A stretch of DNA of 64,000 nt from Thermoplasmata archaeon (lineage in GTDB: Archaea; Thermoplasmatota; DTKX01; JAHFTX01): the NCBI GenBank assembly GCA_023265395.1, contig JAHFTX010000001.1, positions 65,897 through 129,896 on the forward strand. The letters run 5' to 3'. Positions 29,953 through 38,082 of this stretch are shown here, piece after piece. Each line of letters opens with the position of its first letter. Position 1 is the stretch's first letter. The translations under genes and the position numbers were made by a program. The notes under the pieces were generated by a model. That model was given only the letters and a program-made list of their open reading frames with translations. It was not told where the DNA came from and searched no databases.

Positions 29953-32900
29953 CTAGTCTGCTGCTTCCAGGGTACTGTCGGCGGTCTTCTCGGTATAGCG
30001 GTCGAGCAGTCGCTCTTCGCCGCGGAGTCGGTCCAAGAGGTCGGGCTCGGCCTGAGCGAGGCGGTCCATGTCACCGGTGAAGATGCGGTAGGCGCGCGCC
30101 TTCTCCGAGAGCTGATGAGAGAACTCTGCCAGCAGGCCGGTCATCGACGAGAGGTTGTTGCAGGCGACCACCATCTCGAGGGTCTGGGTATCCTCGCGGA
30201 CGACGGTGGTGATCACGATCTCCTCCTTGCCCTCGTTGGCCTTGCCGTAGTACCACGCCTCGGACCAGTACTGGGGACCATCGGAGGCGAATTCCCGCAC
30301 CAGCTTGACGTCATGCGCTTGGACGACCTCTTTAGAGAGCTGGAACGCCACGGGCATCTCGATTCCTTCGGGGAGCTTGTAGACCCGATTGTCCCGATAG
30401 CTTTGGCGGTCGGCGGTGCGCCGCAGGATGCCCACGTTGACCGTCTCGGGCGTATAGAAGATCGGGCAGACGATCTCCACGGTGCGCCGCTTCATATTGA
30501 CCGAGCGGCGCTCCCCATGAGGATCACGGTAGGTGAGGATTCCATCGAGCATGCTCTCCTGACAAATCTGCGGATCGAAGTAGAACGCCACGGTCTGCTT
30601 CTCGCCGGGGTTGATGACCCCGATCTCGATCTCCTCGCCATTGCGGGGGAGCTTGGGGTCGATGCGGTGGAGGGAGAGGTTCGTGCGGTTGTAGTAGGGC
30701 CGGAACGTCGCCTCGGTGATGACGGTGCTCGCCGTGTTCTTGAAGGCCACCTTCAGCCGGACATAGCCTTGGTAGAACTCGATGCCCGAGAGGACCTTGA
30801 CCTCACCTTCGTCGTCGCGCGCCGGTGGGATGAACGACAGCAACGGAGTCAGCGAAGTGGCCGCCTCAGCCACCAGCGAGAGGTCCCCGGCGAAGTCGTT
30901 CCACAGCGAGGAGTTGATACCCTCCACGCGGTCGACGGTGACCACGAGCTCCTGTTTGATGGCCGCACTGATGTCCCCATGGACGACAGCGACCACGGTC
31001 ACGTGGGGGCCGGCGCTGAAAACGACTGGACCAGGCCCTGCCTCGAGGGGGGGGATTGCGCTTGCTCCGGCGCGGCGATGGGACCTGAAGTGGGTCTGGA
31101 CCTGCTGGACCCACTCCATCGATGAGGTGGGGACCGGCGTCGTCTGTGCGACAGCATCGATGAGCCGACCATCATCAGAGAGCAGCAGCGCGTGGGAGAT
31201 CGGGCGGAACCCGCTGGCCCCACCACCCCCCTTCCCGAGGTCTCCCAACATCATCGGGGCGACCCGTGCCGGAGCAGCAGCGACATCGAGATCCACCTGA
31301 CCGAGGTGCGGCGGGTCCGCCTCCGGGGCTGTGGTAGGGCCCGGTCCATCGAGCGGATCGACCTCGGATCGGCGGGAGCGTCCGCGCACGAGGACCGCCA
31401 GAATCACTGCCGCGACAATGAGCAGCAGCAAGAGCGGGAAGATGCTACCGAGGAGCGCCTGAGCCCCTGGGGTGACAGAGCTTGCTGCACCAACCCGTGC
31501 CTCTCGTGTAGCGGTGTTGTCCCCTTCGCTGCGCTCGGAGATCGCCCCATCGGGGTCGATGACCGCGACTAGGTCTTGATGTCCGCGCGTCGCGTTCCAA
31601 GACAAGGAGACGGGCAGGCTGCTGCCCGGGGGCAGGAGCGCCAGCTGCAGCGAGGCGATCCGCGCGCCGTCGCGAGTGACGACGATGAGCACGTCCCGTG
31701 CTGCGCGGTCCCCGGTATTGCTCACCAGCAAGTTGAGGGAGACCTGCTCCCCCGGCTCGGCGGTGAGCCGCGTCTGGTCGGTCCAGGCGATGGTGAGGTC
31801 GATGACCCCGCTGAGCGGATCATTGGGGTCGACCGTCCCTAGTTCAGGGAGGAAGGTCACCACCTGGCTGTGGGTCGGACCGTTCCCCGCCCCGTCGGTG
31901 GCATCGACCTGGACCGTGTATTCCGTACCTAGGTCGAGGGACGTCAGAGGGAAGCTGCCTGATGCCATCAGCTCAGTGTTCGCGAGGAGACGCTGCTCCT
32001 GCCCGCTTGGGCCATAGAGGAGCTGCACGGTGCTTCGTTCAGACAACTGGTAGATGACCGTCGCAGAGCCATCGGGCTCCTCTGGAACGTCTACTCGGAG
32101 CTCGATGATCCTCGGCGGGGTGGTGTCGAGGGTCAAGGTGAGCGTCGGGCTGGTCGCCTCGTTCCCAGCGCGGTCGGTCACCCGCAGTCGCAGTTGATGG
32201 ACGCCGTCTCCAAGCAACTGAACCGGCAGTTCGCCGGTGAAGGGTTGGGCCGCCCCGAAACCCGCACCATCCATCTCGAGGGCCATCGTCAGGCTCCCAC
32301 TGCTGGGGCTGGGGTCGGCGCCGGAGACCGCCAGGGTGAGGCTTGGCGTCGAGACGAGGCCGCTGACGGGGGCGCCCAAGACCTGGAGTTGCACGCCGAT
32401 CGGCGCCTTGGTGTCGATGAAGACCGACGCCAGGGTGCTCTCGCCCACGTTCCCGGCTTCATCGCGCCCTTCGACGACGAGGCTCCTCGCGCCCTCTCCA
32501 TCGTTGCTTGCAAAGGTCCAGGAGAACAGGGCGGCAGGGTCTTGCCAATCCCCGAAGGTGGTCCCACCATCGTCGCTGATGCGCACTTGGGGTCGACCGA
32601 GGTTGTCCGAGATGGTCACCGACGCGTCGATGGTGAACGAGCGCGCGAAGCCCCTACCTTGCGCGAGCACGACCGCCGGCGCGTCCGGGGCCGTCCGGTC
32701 GAGGCGCACGACGATGGGATCGGAAGTTACGCGGTTCCCCATCGCGTCGGAGAGGGAAAGAGTCAACGACTTGCTCCCGTCGGCGCCGCTGAGGGTGAAG
32801 GTAATCAGGGAAGTCGGGCTCGCAAGCGCGCTCGAGCCTCCTGCTTCCTGGCGGACCTGGGCGAGCACGCTGCCGCTCCCGGTCCCGTCGTTCGCGAGGA

Positions 32901-35322
32901 CCTCGATGGGGATGGTCGCGGTGTTGGACCACGGCCTGTCATCGTTCACCACGAAGGCGGAGATCTGCGGGGGGCTGGTATCGACGCTGACATCGTCGAT
33001 CCCGTTGGTGGCGACGTTTCCGGCGGCGTCACGCACCCGCAGGAGCACTTGCCGTTCTCCGTCACCGGGGGGGAGGGTAAGCGTGCTCCCGACGGAGTAG
33101 GGGATCCAGGCCCCCCAGGTCGCTCCCCCGTCAGTGGAGAAGGCCATATCGTCCAGTCCCGAGGCGCTATCGGCGGCGGTGACGGCCACCTCGACGAGGG
33201 AGGAGTTGACGAATGTGGCACCTTGGGCGATCTCCAACCCCAGGCTGCTGGGCGGGATCGTATCGATCATGAACGGGCCCAGGTGCGACGCAGAGAGGTT
33301 CCAGTTGCCGGCAGCATCGAGGGTCCGGATGTGGAACCACTGCGAGTCGCTGTCCCCCAAGGTCGGGGAGATGGCCTGGTCGGCGCTCCCGTTGCCATCG
33401 GGGATCGAGTCGGGAATCGTCGTCGGGGCCGTGGTGAAGCTCCAGGAGAACCCGTCGATGCCACTGACGGCGCCGTCGGAACCGCTCCAGCGGACCTCGA
33501 CGATCGGGTTGTTCGACCAGGAACCGACCTGGTGGGTCGGAGAGGTCAGGGTCGTCGGATTGACGGGGTCGGTCCCATCGAACTTGAACGGCCCAAAGTG
33601 CGCCGCACCGGCATTCCAGTTCCCTGCCGCGTCCTTGGTGCGGATGTGGAAGTACCAGCCTGGAGAATCGGTCGGGAGGGTGGTGGCGTTGCTGGCGATG
33701 GATTGGTCGCCCTCGGAGATGGTATCGGGCAGAGTGGCGGCGTTCTGGTTCCACAGCCAGGAATAGTCAGAGACGCCGCTGCCAGTTCCGTCACTGGCCC
33801 CGCTCCAGTCGATCGTCAAGTCGGCGACGCCAAACCAACTGTCGATCGATTCGGTGGCGCTGAAGGAGTTGGGGTTAGTCGGCGGTGCGGTGTCGATCCA
33901 GAAGGGACCAACGTCGACGGAGGTGTCGTCCCAGTTGCCTGCGTTGTCCTTCGATTGGAGGTGCACGTAGTGCCCGGTACCATCGGCCAAGGCGGCGGAG
34001 GCGACGCTGGTGATGCCCTCTTCGAGGGTCTTGCCCTGACCTTGGGCCGTAGGCAGGGACGAGGGCGACGAGTCCCAGAGGATGGCGTATCCATCGAGGC
34101 CACTGGTCGCATCGGTCGCCGCGACCCACGAGAGGTCGACCGTGTTGTCATTGGCCCAGGCCGATATCGTGTGGCTGGGACTGGTCAACCCCGAGAGTGC
34201 GCTAGGGTCGACGGTGTCGATCCAGAAGGGCCCCAGATGGGCCGTGTTGATCGCCAACGCCCAGTTTCCAGCGTTGTCGACCGGCCTGATGTGGAAGTAG
34301 TGCGCGTTGCCGTCGGCCAAGACCGGACTAGTCTCAGAGCTGATCAGCTCCTCACGGTTCTTGACGGTGATTGGCAATGTGAGGGGGCTGGTGTCCCAGA
34401 AGACCGAGTATCCGTCGAGGCGACTGCCCCAATCGGTAGAGGCGGTCCAGGTGACATCGACCTGGTTGAGGGTCGACCACGACGAGACGGTGTGCGTGGT
34501 GCTGGTCAGTCCCGTGACCTTGGCGGGGGACTTGGTGTCGACCCCCGTCAGTAGGATATCGTCGAGATAGGTCCCCTCATAGTCGATCGGGGGGATGTTG
34601 TTGAAGTCGCTGCCGAAGAAGAACCCGATAATCGAGGCATTGGTCGGAATCGCGATGACGGTGTTCCTCCAACCGCCGGAGGACCCATCGCTGTCCTGCC
34701 AGGCCACCGGGTACTCACCCGGGAAGTCATCCGCCCAGTAATAGACCTGGATTGTGTCGTAGGTCGCTTCGGAACTGTACCAGTACCAGAAGCCGAGGCT
34801 CAACGAGTCGAAGCCGGTCGCGTTCCCGAAGTCATATTCCATCCACGCCTCCTGATCGTGGTCGTAATCGTGGGTGTCGGTGTTGGGATTACCGGTTCCA
34901 GAATTCGTGCCTACCTGGGAAGCCCAGACGGATTTGGCGCCGGTGTGGGCACGACCTCCTGTGCCAGGGCCATCGACGCCCCAGTAGTCCGCGCCCGAGG
35001 TCGGTTCCTGGTCGTCACGGGACCAACCGGCTGGCCAGACGCCACCCTCGAAGTCCTCATCGATTAGTGTCCAGATCGCTGCCGGGTGAAGGCCACCGCT
35101 GCCGTCCTTGAGTGCCGGGGGCAGGTCCCAACCATCCAAGCTGCCTAGTCCGTGGGAGCCGACAAGCCCGCTCCCGGTCACCCCGGTAGCAGAGGTACCA
35201 CTGGCCATGGCTGGTGATGTCACCAAGGCCGTGACGATGAGCAGCAGGGCAGCCACGGTGGCTGCCCTGGGGTGCAGGCTACGGCATCGCCCCATCGGGA
35301 GGTGGTTCGACACCGGGCCCAT
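29953..35322 (-). CDS. Giant single-pass transmembrane protein: signal peptide, N-terminal globular domain, 5 tandem ~95-aa repeats, Ig-like/CARDB domains, TM helix, ~520-aa cytoplasmic region with a roadblock/LC7-like segment
   Basis: 1789 aa. Signal peptide AATVAALLLIVTALVTSPAMASG. Five repeats each ending ...DNAGNW...GPFWIDT(V/A)(D/P)P. CARDB-like LLVSNTGDRAARDVLIVVTRDGARIASLQLALLPPGSSLPVSLSWNA. TM helix IFPLLLLLIVAAVILAVLV. Cytoplasmic GFRPISHALLLSDDGRLIDAVAQT...VTVVAVVHGD resembles MglB/roadblock. Confidence 0.8.
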   Translation of the reverse strand: MGPVSNHLPMGRCRSLHPRAATVAALLLIVTALVTSPAMASGTSATGVTGSGLVGSHGLGSLDGWDLPPALKDGSGGLHPAAIWTLIDEDFEGGVWPAGWSRDDQEPTSGADYWGVDGPGTGGRAHTGAKSVWASQVGTNSGTGNPNTDTHDYDHDQEAWMEYDFGNATGFDSLSLGFWYWYSSEATYDTIQVYYWADDFPGEYPVAWQDSDGSSGGWRNTVIAIPTNASIIGFFFGSDFNNIPPIDYEGTYLDDILLTGVDTKSPAKVTGLTSTTHTVSSWSTLNQVDVTWTASTDWGSRLDGYSVFWDTSPLTLPITVKNREELISSETSPVLADGNAHYFHIRPVDNAGNWALAINTAHLGPFWIDTVDPSALSGLTSPSHTISAWANDNTVDLSWVAATDATSGLDGYAILWDSSPSSLPTAQGQGKTLEEGITSVASAALADGTGHYVHLQSKDNAGNWDDTSVDVGPFWIDTAPPTNPNSFSATESIDSWFGVADLTIDWSGASDGTGSGVSDYSWLWNQNAATLPDTISEGDQSIASNATTLPTDSPGWYFHIRTKDAAGNWNAGAAHFGPFKFDGTDPVNPTTLTSPTHQVGSWSNNPIVEVRWSGSDGAVSGIDGFSWSFTTAPTTIPDSIPDGNGSADQAISPTLGDSDSQWFHIRTLDAAGNWNLSASHLGPFMIDTIPPSSLGLEIAQGATFVNSSLVEVAVTAADSASGLDDMAFSTDGGATWGAWIPYSVGSTLTLPPGDGERQVLLRVRDAAGNVATNGIDDVSVDTSPPQISAFVVNDDRPWSNTATIPIEVLANDGTGSGSVLAQVRQEAGGSSALASPTSLITFTLSGADGSKSLTLSLSDAMGNRVTSDPIVVRLDRTAPDAPAVVLAQGRGFARSFTIDASVTISDNLGRPQVRISDDGGTTFGDWQDPAALFSWTFASNDGEGARSLVVEGRDEAGNVGESTLASVFIDTKAPIGVQLQVLGAPVSGLVSTPSLTLAVSGADPSPSSGSLTMALEMDGAGFGAAQPFTGELPVQLLGDGVHQLRLRVTDRAGNEATSPTLTLTLDTTPPRIIELRVDVPEEPDGSATVIYQLSERSTVQLLYGPSGQEQRLLANTELMASGSFPLTSLDLGTEYTVQVDATDGAGNGPTHSQVVTFLPELGTVDPNDPLSGVIDLTIAWTDQTRLTAEPGEQVSLNLLVSNTGDRAARDVLIVVTRDGARIASLQLALLPPGSSLPVSLSWNATRGHQDLVAVIDPDGAISERSEGDNTATREARVGAASSVTPGAQALLGSIFPLLLLLIVAAVILAVLVRGRSRRSEVDPLDGPGPTTAPEADPPHLGQVDLDVAAAPARVAPMMLGDLGKGGGGASGFRPISHALLLSDDGRLIDAVAQTTPVPTSSMEWVQQVQTHFRSHRRAGASAIPPLEAGPGPVVFSAGPHVTVVAVVHGDISAAIKQELVVTVDRVEGINSSLWNDFAGDLSLVAEAATSLTPLLSFIPPARDDEGEVKVLSGIEFYQGYVRLKVAFKNTASTVITEATFRPYYNRTNLSLHRIDPKLPRNGEEIEIGVINPGEKQTVAFYFDPQICQESMLDGILTYRDPHGERRSVNMKRRTVEIVCPIFYTPETVNVGILRRTADRQSYRDNRVYKLPEGIEMPVAFQLSKEVVQAHDVKLVREFASDGPQYWSEAWYYGKANEGKEEIVITTVVREDTQTLEMVVACNNLSSMTGLLAEFSHQLSEKARAYRIFTGDMDRLAQAEPDLLDRLRGEERLLDRYTEKTADSTLEAAD

Positions 35323-35375
35323 AAGGCTTCTCTTGGTTCATGATGACGAGAACCCGCCGATGCGAAGGGAGGCCT

Positions 35376-36374
35376 TCAGAACAGCCCCGGAAGCGTGAAG
35401 GAGGTCGTCAACTCGACGAACCCGAAACTTGGATAGAGCAGTCCGGCGCCGACGAGGTATCCACCAATCGCCCCTCCATTGAGCAGCGGGAGCCCAGCCT
35501 GGGGGTTGCCGCGAAGGACGTACCGCATCAGCACGAGGTAGCCACAGAGGCCACCGACGAGTGTGGTCAAGGCGACTGCCAGGTTGCTGCTCAGCCCCCA
35601 CATCCAGGGCATCGGGGCCAAGAACACCTGTGCGCTGACGACCAACGCACCGGGGATGATGATGTCACCCAAGCCCATGAACATCGCCTCACGTTCCTCC
35701 CCCGAATCGAGTTGCTCCTGCAGGGAAGGTTGCTCGAGGAACGAATAGCCGCTCCCCTTGGGGATTACGAGCATGATGGGCAGATGATGGTCCATGACCG
35801 TGTCCGCCAGCGCGACCATGTGCTTGGTCTGGTAGACGGCGATTGCATCGTAGATGGCCAGGACGGCCAGGAGCAGGATCAGCGGCAGGACCCCGATGCT
35901 GAACCCAAGGATCGCTGTCACGCCTACGGCCATGAACACCCCACTGATGTCGACCACCCACCATTCGGGATAGACGTACAGCAGCACCGTCACCAGTAGT
36001 GCCAGCGACACCCCCAGGGTCGTCGCGATGGCGACCGTGCCCTCGGAGGCGTCATCGGGCGAGGAGGAGAAGAGTCGGACGACCAGGGGGTAGATCACGT
36101 AGACGATGCTGATGAAGATCGCTGCCATGATGATGTGCTGGACCAGATGTTCGAACCCTTGCTTGACGACGAACAGGACCACGCCTGTGAATACGAGGAT
36201 GACGATCACGTAGTAGAGCGGATTGAACACCGAGTTGGTGTCGTCGCCGAAGACCTGGTACTCTCGCGGGAGAAGGGTGACGATCGCCATGGCCGCCAGG
36301 ATCGTCAAGGCAAAGATGGCGCCGATGACTGCGACACTGGTGCTCGCCCCCAGGCCCTTGCGCGCTCGCGCCAT
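35376..36374 (-). CDS. Presenilin/signal-peptide-peptidase family intramembrane aspartyl protease (A22; archaeal PSH-like)
   Basis: 333 aa from ATG 36374 (MARARKG...). Polytopic membrane protein with catalytic YD (LAIYDAIAVY), GxGD (MGLGDIIIPG) and C-terminal PAL-like (AGLPLLNGG) motifs in the correct order. The track start 36767 adds an Arg/Ser-rich off-frame leader. Confidence 0.8.
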   Translation of the reverse strand: MARARKGLGASTSVAVIGAIFALTILAAMAIVTLLPREYQVFGDDTNSVFNPLYYVIVILVFTGVVLFVVKQGFEHLVQHIIMAAIFISIVYVIYPLVVRLFSSSPDDASEGTVAIATTLGVSLALLVTVLLYVYPEWWVVDISGVFMAVGVTAILGFSIGVLPLILLLAVLAIYDAIAVYQTKHMVALADTVMDHHLPIMLVIPKGSGYSFLEQPSLQEQLDSGEEREAMFMGLGDIIIPGALVVSAQVFLAPMPWMWGLSSNLAVALTTLVGGLCGYLVLMRYVLRGNPQAGLPLLNGGAIGGYLVGAGLLYPSFGFVELTTSFTLPGLF

Positions 36375-36399
36375 CCTATGCACCTGCCGCGCGGACGTC

Positions 36400-37056
36400 C
36401 TACCGAACGATCTTGGCGAAGGCGCGGTTGCCACTGACCCGTTCGATGAGGACTTTGACCTTCTGCCCCTTGGACGTCCCCGGCACGAAGACGACGAATC
36501 GGTCGACCTTGGCCAACCCGTCGCCACGGTTGCCGACGTCGACGATGTTGACCTCGTACTCCTTCCCTTCCTCGATGGCTGGGATCTCGGGACCCTTGAT
36601 GGCAGCGTACGCGCGCACCGGTCGGTGCGCCCCGCAGGCCGAACACTGCAGGATGGTCGTGCGACCTTCCTTGACCAGCTTGGTATCGGGCCGGCGGCAT
36701 TCCTGGCAGATGACGAACATCTCCACGAACGCCTCGAGCTTCTCCACGATCTGGCGCTCTGCGACACGCGACTTGAAGGTCAACCGTCCAGCCTCGCGGG
36801 ATCCTGCCGTGCCCAGCTCCCCCAGGAGGAACTTGTAGACGTAGGCCGGGTCGCGGTCGAGCACCTTGCAGACCTCGTCGAAGTTCTGGAAGACGGTCTG
36901 GCGACCTTCGACCAACAGGGTCGGCTCGGGGAGTTGCCACCGTTCATGGGCCGCACTGGTGCCCGGGAGCTTGGCCCGCATCCGAGCGAGCAGGGCATCG
37001 TAGTCGCCGAAGAGGGCCTCGGGAGCGGACTTCGAGGGGTCGGCGCTCATAGGCAA
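36400..37056 (-). CDS. eif2b: Translation initiation factor 2 subunit beta (aIF2beta) fused to a C-terminal TRAM domain
   Basis: 218 aa; aIF2beta core (NFDEVCKVLDRDPAYVYKFLLGELGTAGS..., zinc ribbon CQECRRPDTKL...CSACGA), then KEYEVNIVDVGNRGDGLAKVDRFVVFVPGTSKGQKVKVLIERVSGNRAFAKIV, a TRAM fold signature. Confidence 0.8.
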   Translation of the reverse strand: MPMSADPSKSAPEALFGDYDALLARMRAKLPGTSAAHERWQLPEPTLLVEGRQTVFQNFDEVCKVLDRDPAYVYKFLLGELGTAGSREAGRLTFKSRVAERQIVEKLEAFVEMFVICQECRRPDTKLVKEGRTTILQCSACGAHRPVRAYAAIKGPEIPAIEEGKEYEVNIVDVGNRGDGLAKVDRFVVFVPGTSKGQKVKVLIERVSGNRAFAKIVR

Positions 37057-37113
37057 CCCACCTGGCGCGGGGTATAAAGGCGCATCGGACGACCACCCAA
37101 TGGTCCAGGGGCG

Positions 37114-38082
37114 CTAGCTGTCGCGCAGGTGGCGCAACAGGTCGCGCACGAACACGGGGACCATCTTCCGGCGATAGTGCGGTGGGAAGCTGGTGTTCCG
37201 GTAGGGTCGGGCTCGCTCGAAGGAGGCAGCAGCGAGTTCCTCGATGGCCTGGTCCGAGAGCGGTCCGCCGACATAGGGCTTGGTGACCGAGTCGAGGGAT
37301 CGCGGGGCTTGCTCGAGCGCGTTGAGGACGATCCGCAGGCGGGAGAGTGCCCCATCGACGATCTGGATGCTGATGGCAACGCCCAACTCGGGGAAATCCC
37401 ATGACCCTCGCAGACGCAGCTTGCGGTACCCCGTCCTCCAGGTCGGTGCGCACTCGGGCAGGCGCACGCCGATGAGCAGCTCCCCTGGGGTCCGGGCATG
37501 GCGTCGGATACCGTCGAAGAGGTAGAGCTCCTGCAGGGGGACCTCTCGCCCAGCCTGGGGGCCCAGCAGCTGGGCGGTGGCGTCGAGCGCGCACAGGGTC
37601 CCGGCCATGTCGCTACTGAAGGTGGCATAACAGAGTTCTTGCTGAGGCACGACGTGGCACCGGTCCCCCTCGGCCTTCATGCACGGCTCCCACGACCGCC
37701 GCCAGTGTTCACTCTGATTGAAGTAGAAGCAGCGGTTCTCCAACATCAGGTTGCCACCGAGCGTGCCCGATGCGCGAAGCAGCACCGATGCGACCTGGCG
37801 GGCAGTTGCCGGGATCACCGGCAGGCGAGCCTGCAGCTCGGCTGAACCTTCGAGCTCGCGCAGGGTGACCATCGCCCCGATGTGGGTGGGGGTGAGGTCC
37901 CGCAGACCCTCGACGCGGTGGAGGCTGATGACATGGGGCTTGGCATTGAGCCGCCACTTGTAATTGGGGAGCAGGTCCGTGCCACCGGCGAGCCAGTCTG
38001 CCTCACCCGGATGCTGCGCAAAGGTCGCCACGGCCTCGTCGATGGTTAGGGGCTGGTGCAGGACGAAGGGCGGGAGGTTCAT
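37114..38082 (-). CDS. Molybdenum hydroxylase FAD-binding subunit (CoxM/XdhB/CutM family)
   Basis: 322 aa; FAD-binding LAGGTDLLP motif and CO-dehydrogenase flavoprotein C-terminal domain. Overlaps the coxL stop by 4 nt. Confidence 0.85.
   Translation of the reverse strand: MNLPPFVLHQPLTIDEAVATFAQHPGEADWLAGGTDLLPNYKWRLNAKPHVISLHRVEGLRDLTPTHIGAMVTLRELEGSAELQARLPVIPATARQVASVLLRASGTLGGNLMLENRCFYFNQSEHWRRSWEPCMKAEGDRCHVVPQQELCYATFSSDMAGTLCALDATAQLLGPQAGREVPLQELYLFDGIRRHARTPGELLIGVRLPECAPTWRTGYRKLRLRGSWDFPELGVAISIQIVDGALSRLRIVLNALEQAPRSLDSVTKPYVGGPLSDQAIEELAAASFERARPYRNTSFPPHYRRKMVPVFVRDLLRHLRDS

Noticed and set aside
32194-34554. 786-aa plus-strand ORF
   Set aside because: Antisense to the giant 1789-aa gene. 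The Gly/Arg/Asp-rich translation mirrors the Pro/Ser/Thr-rich sense frame.
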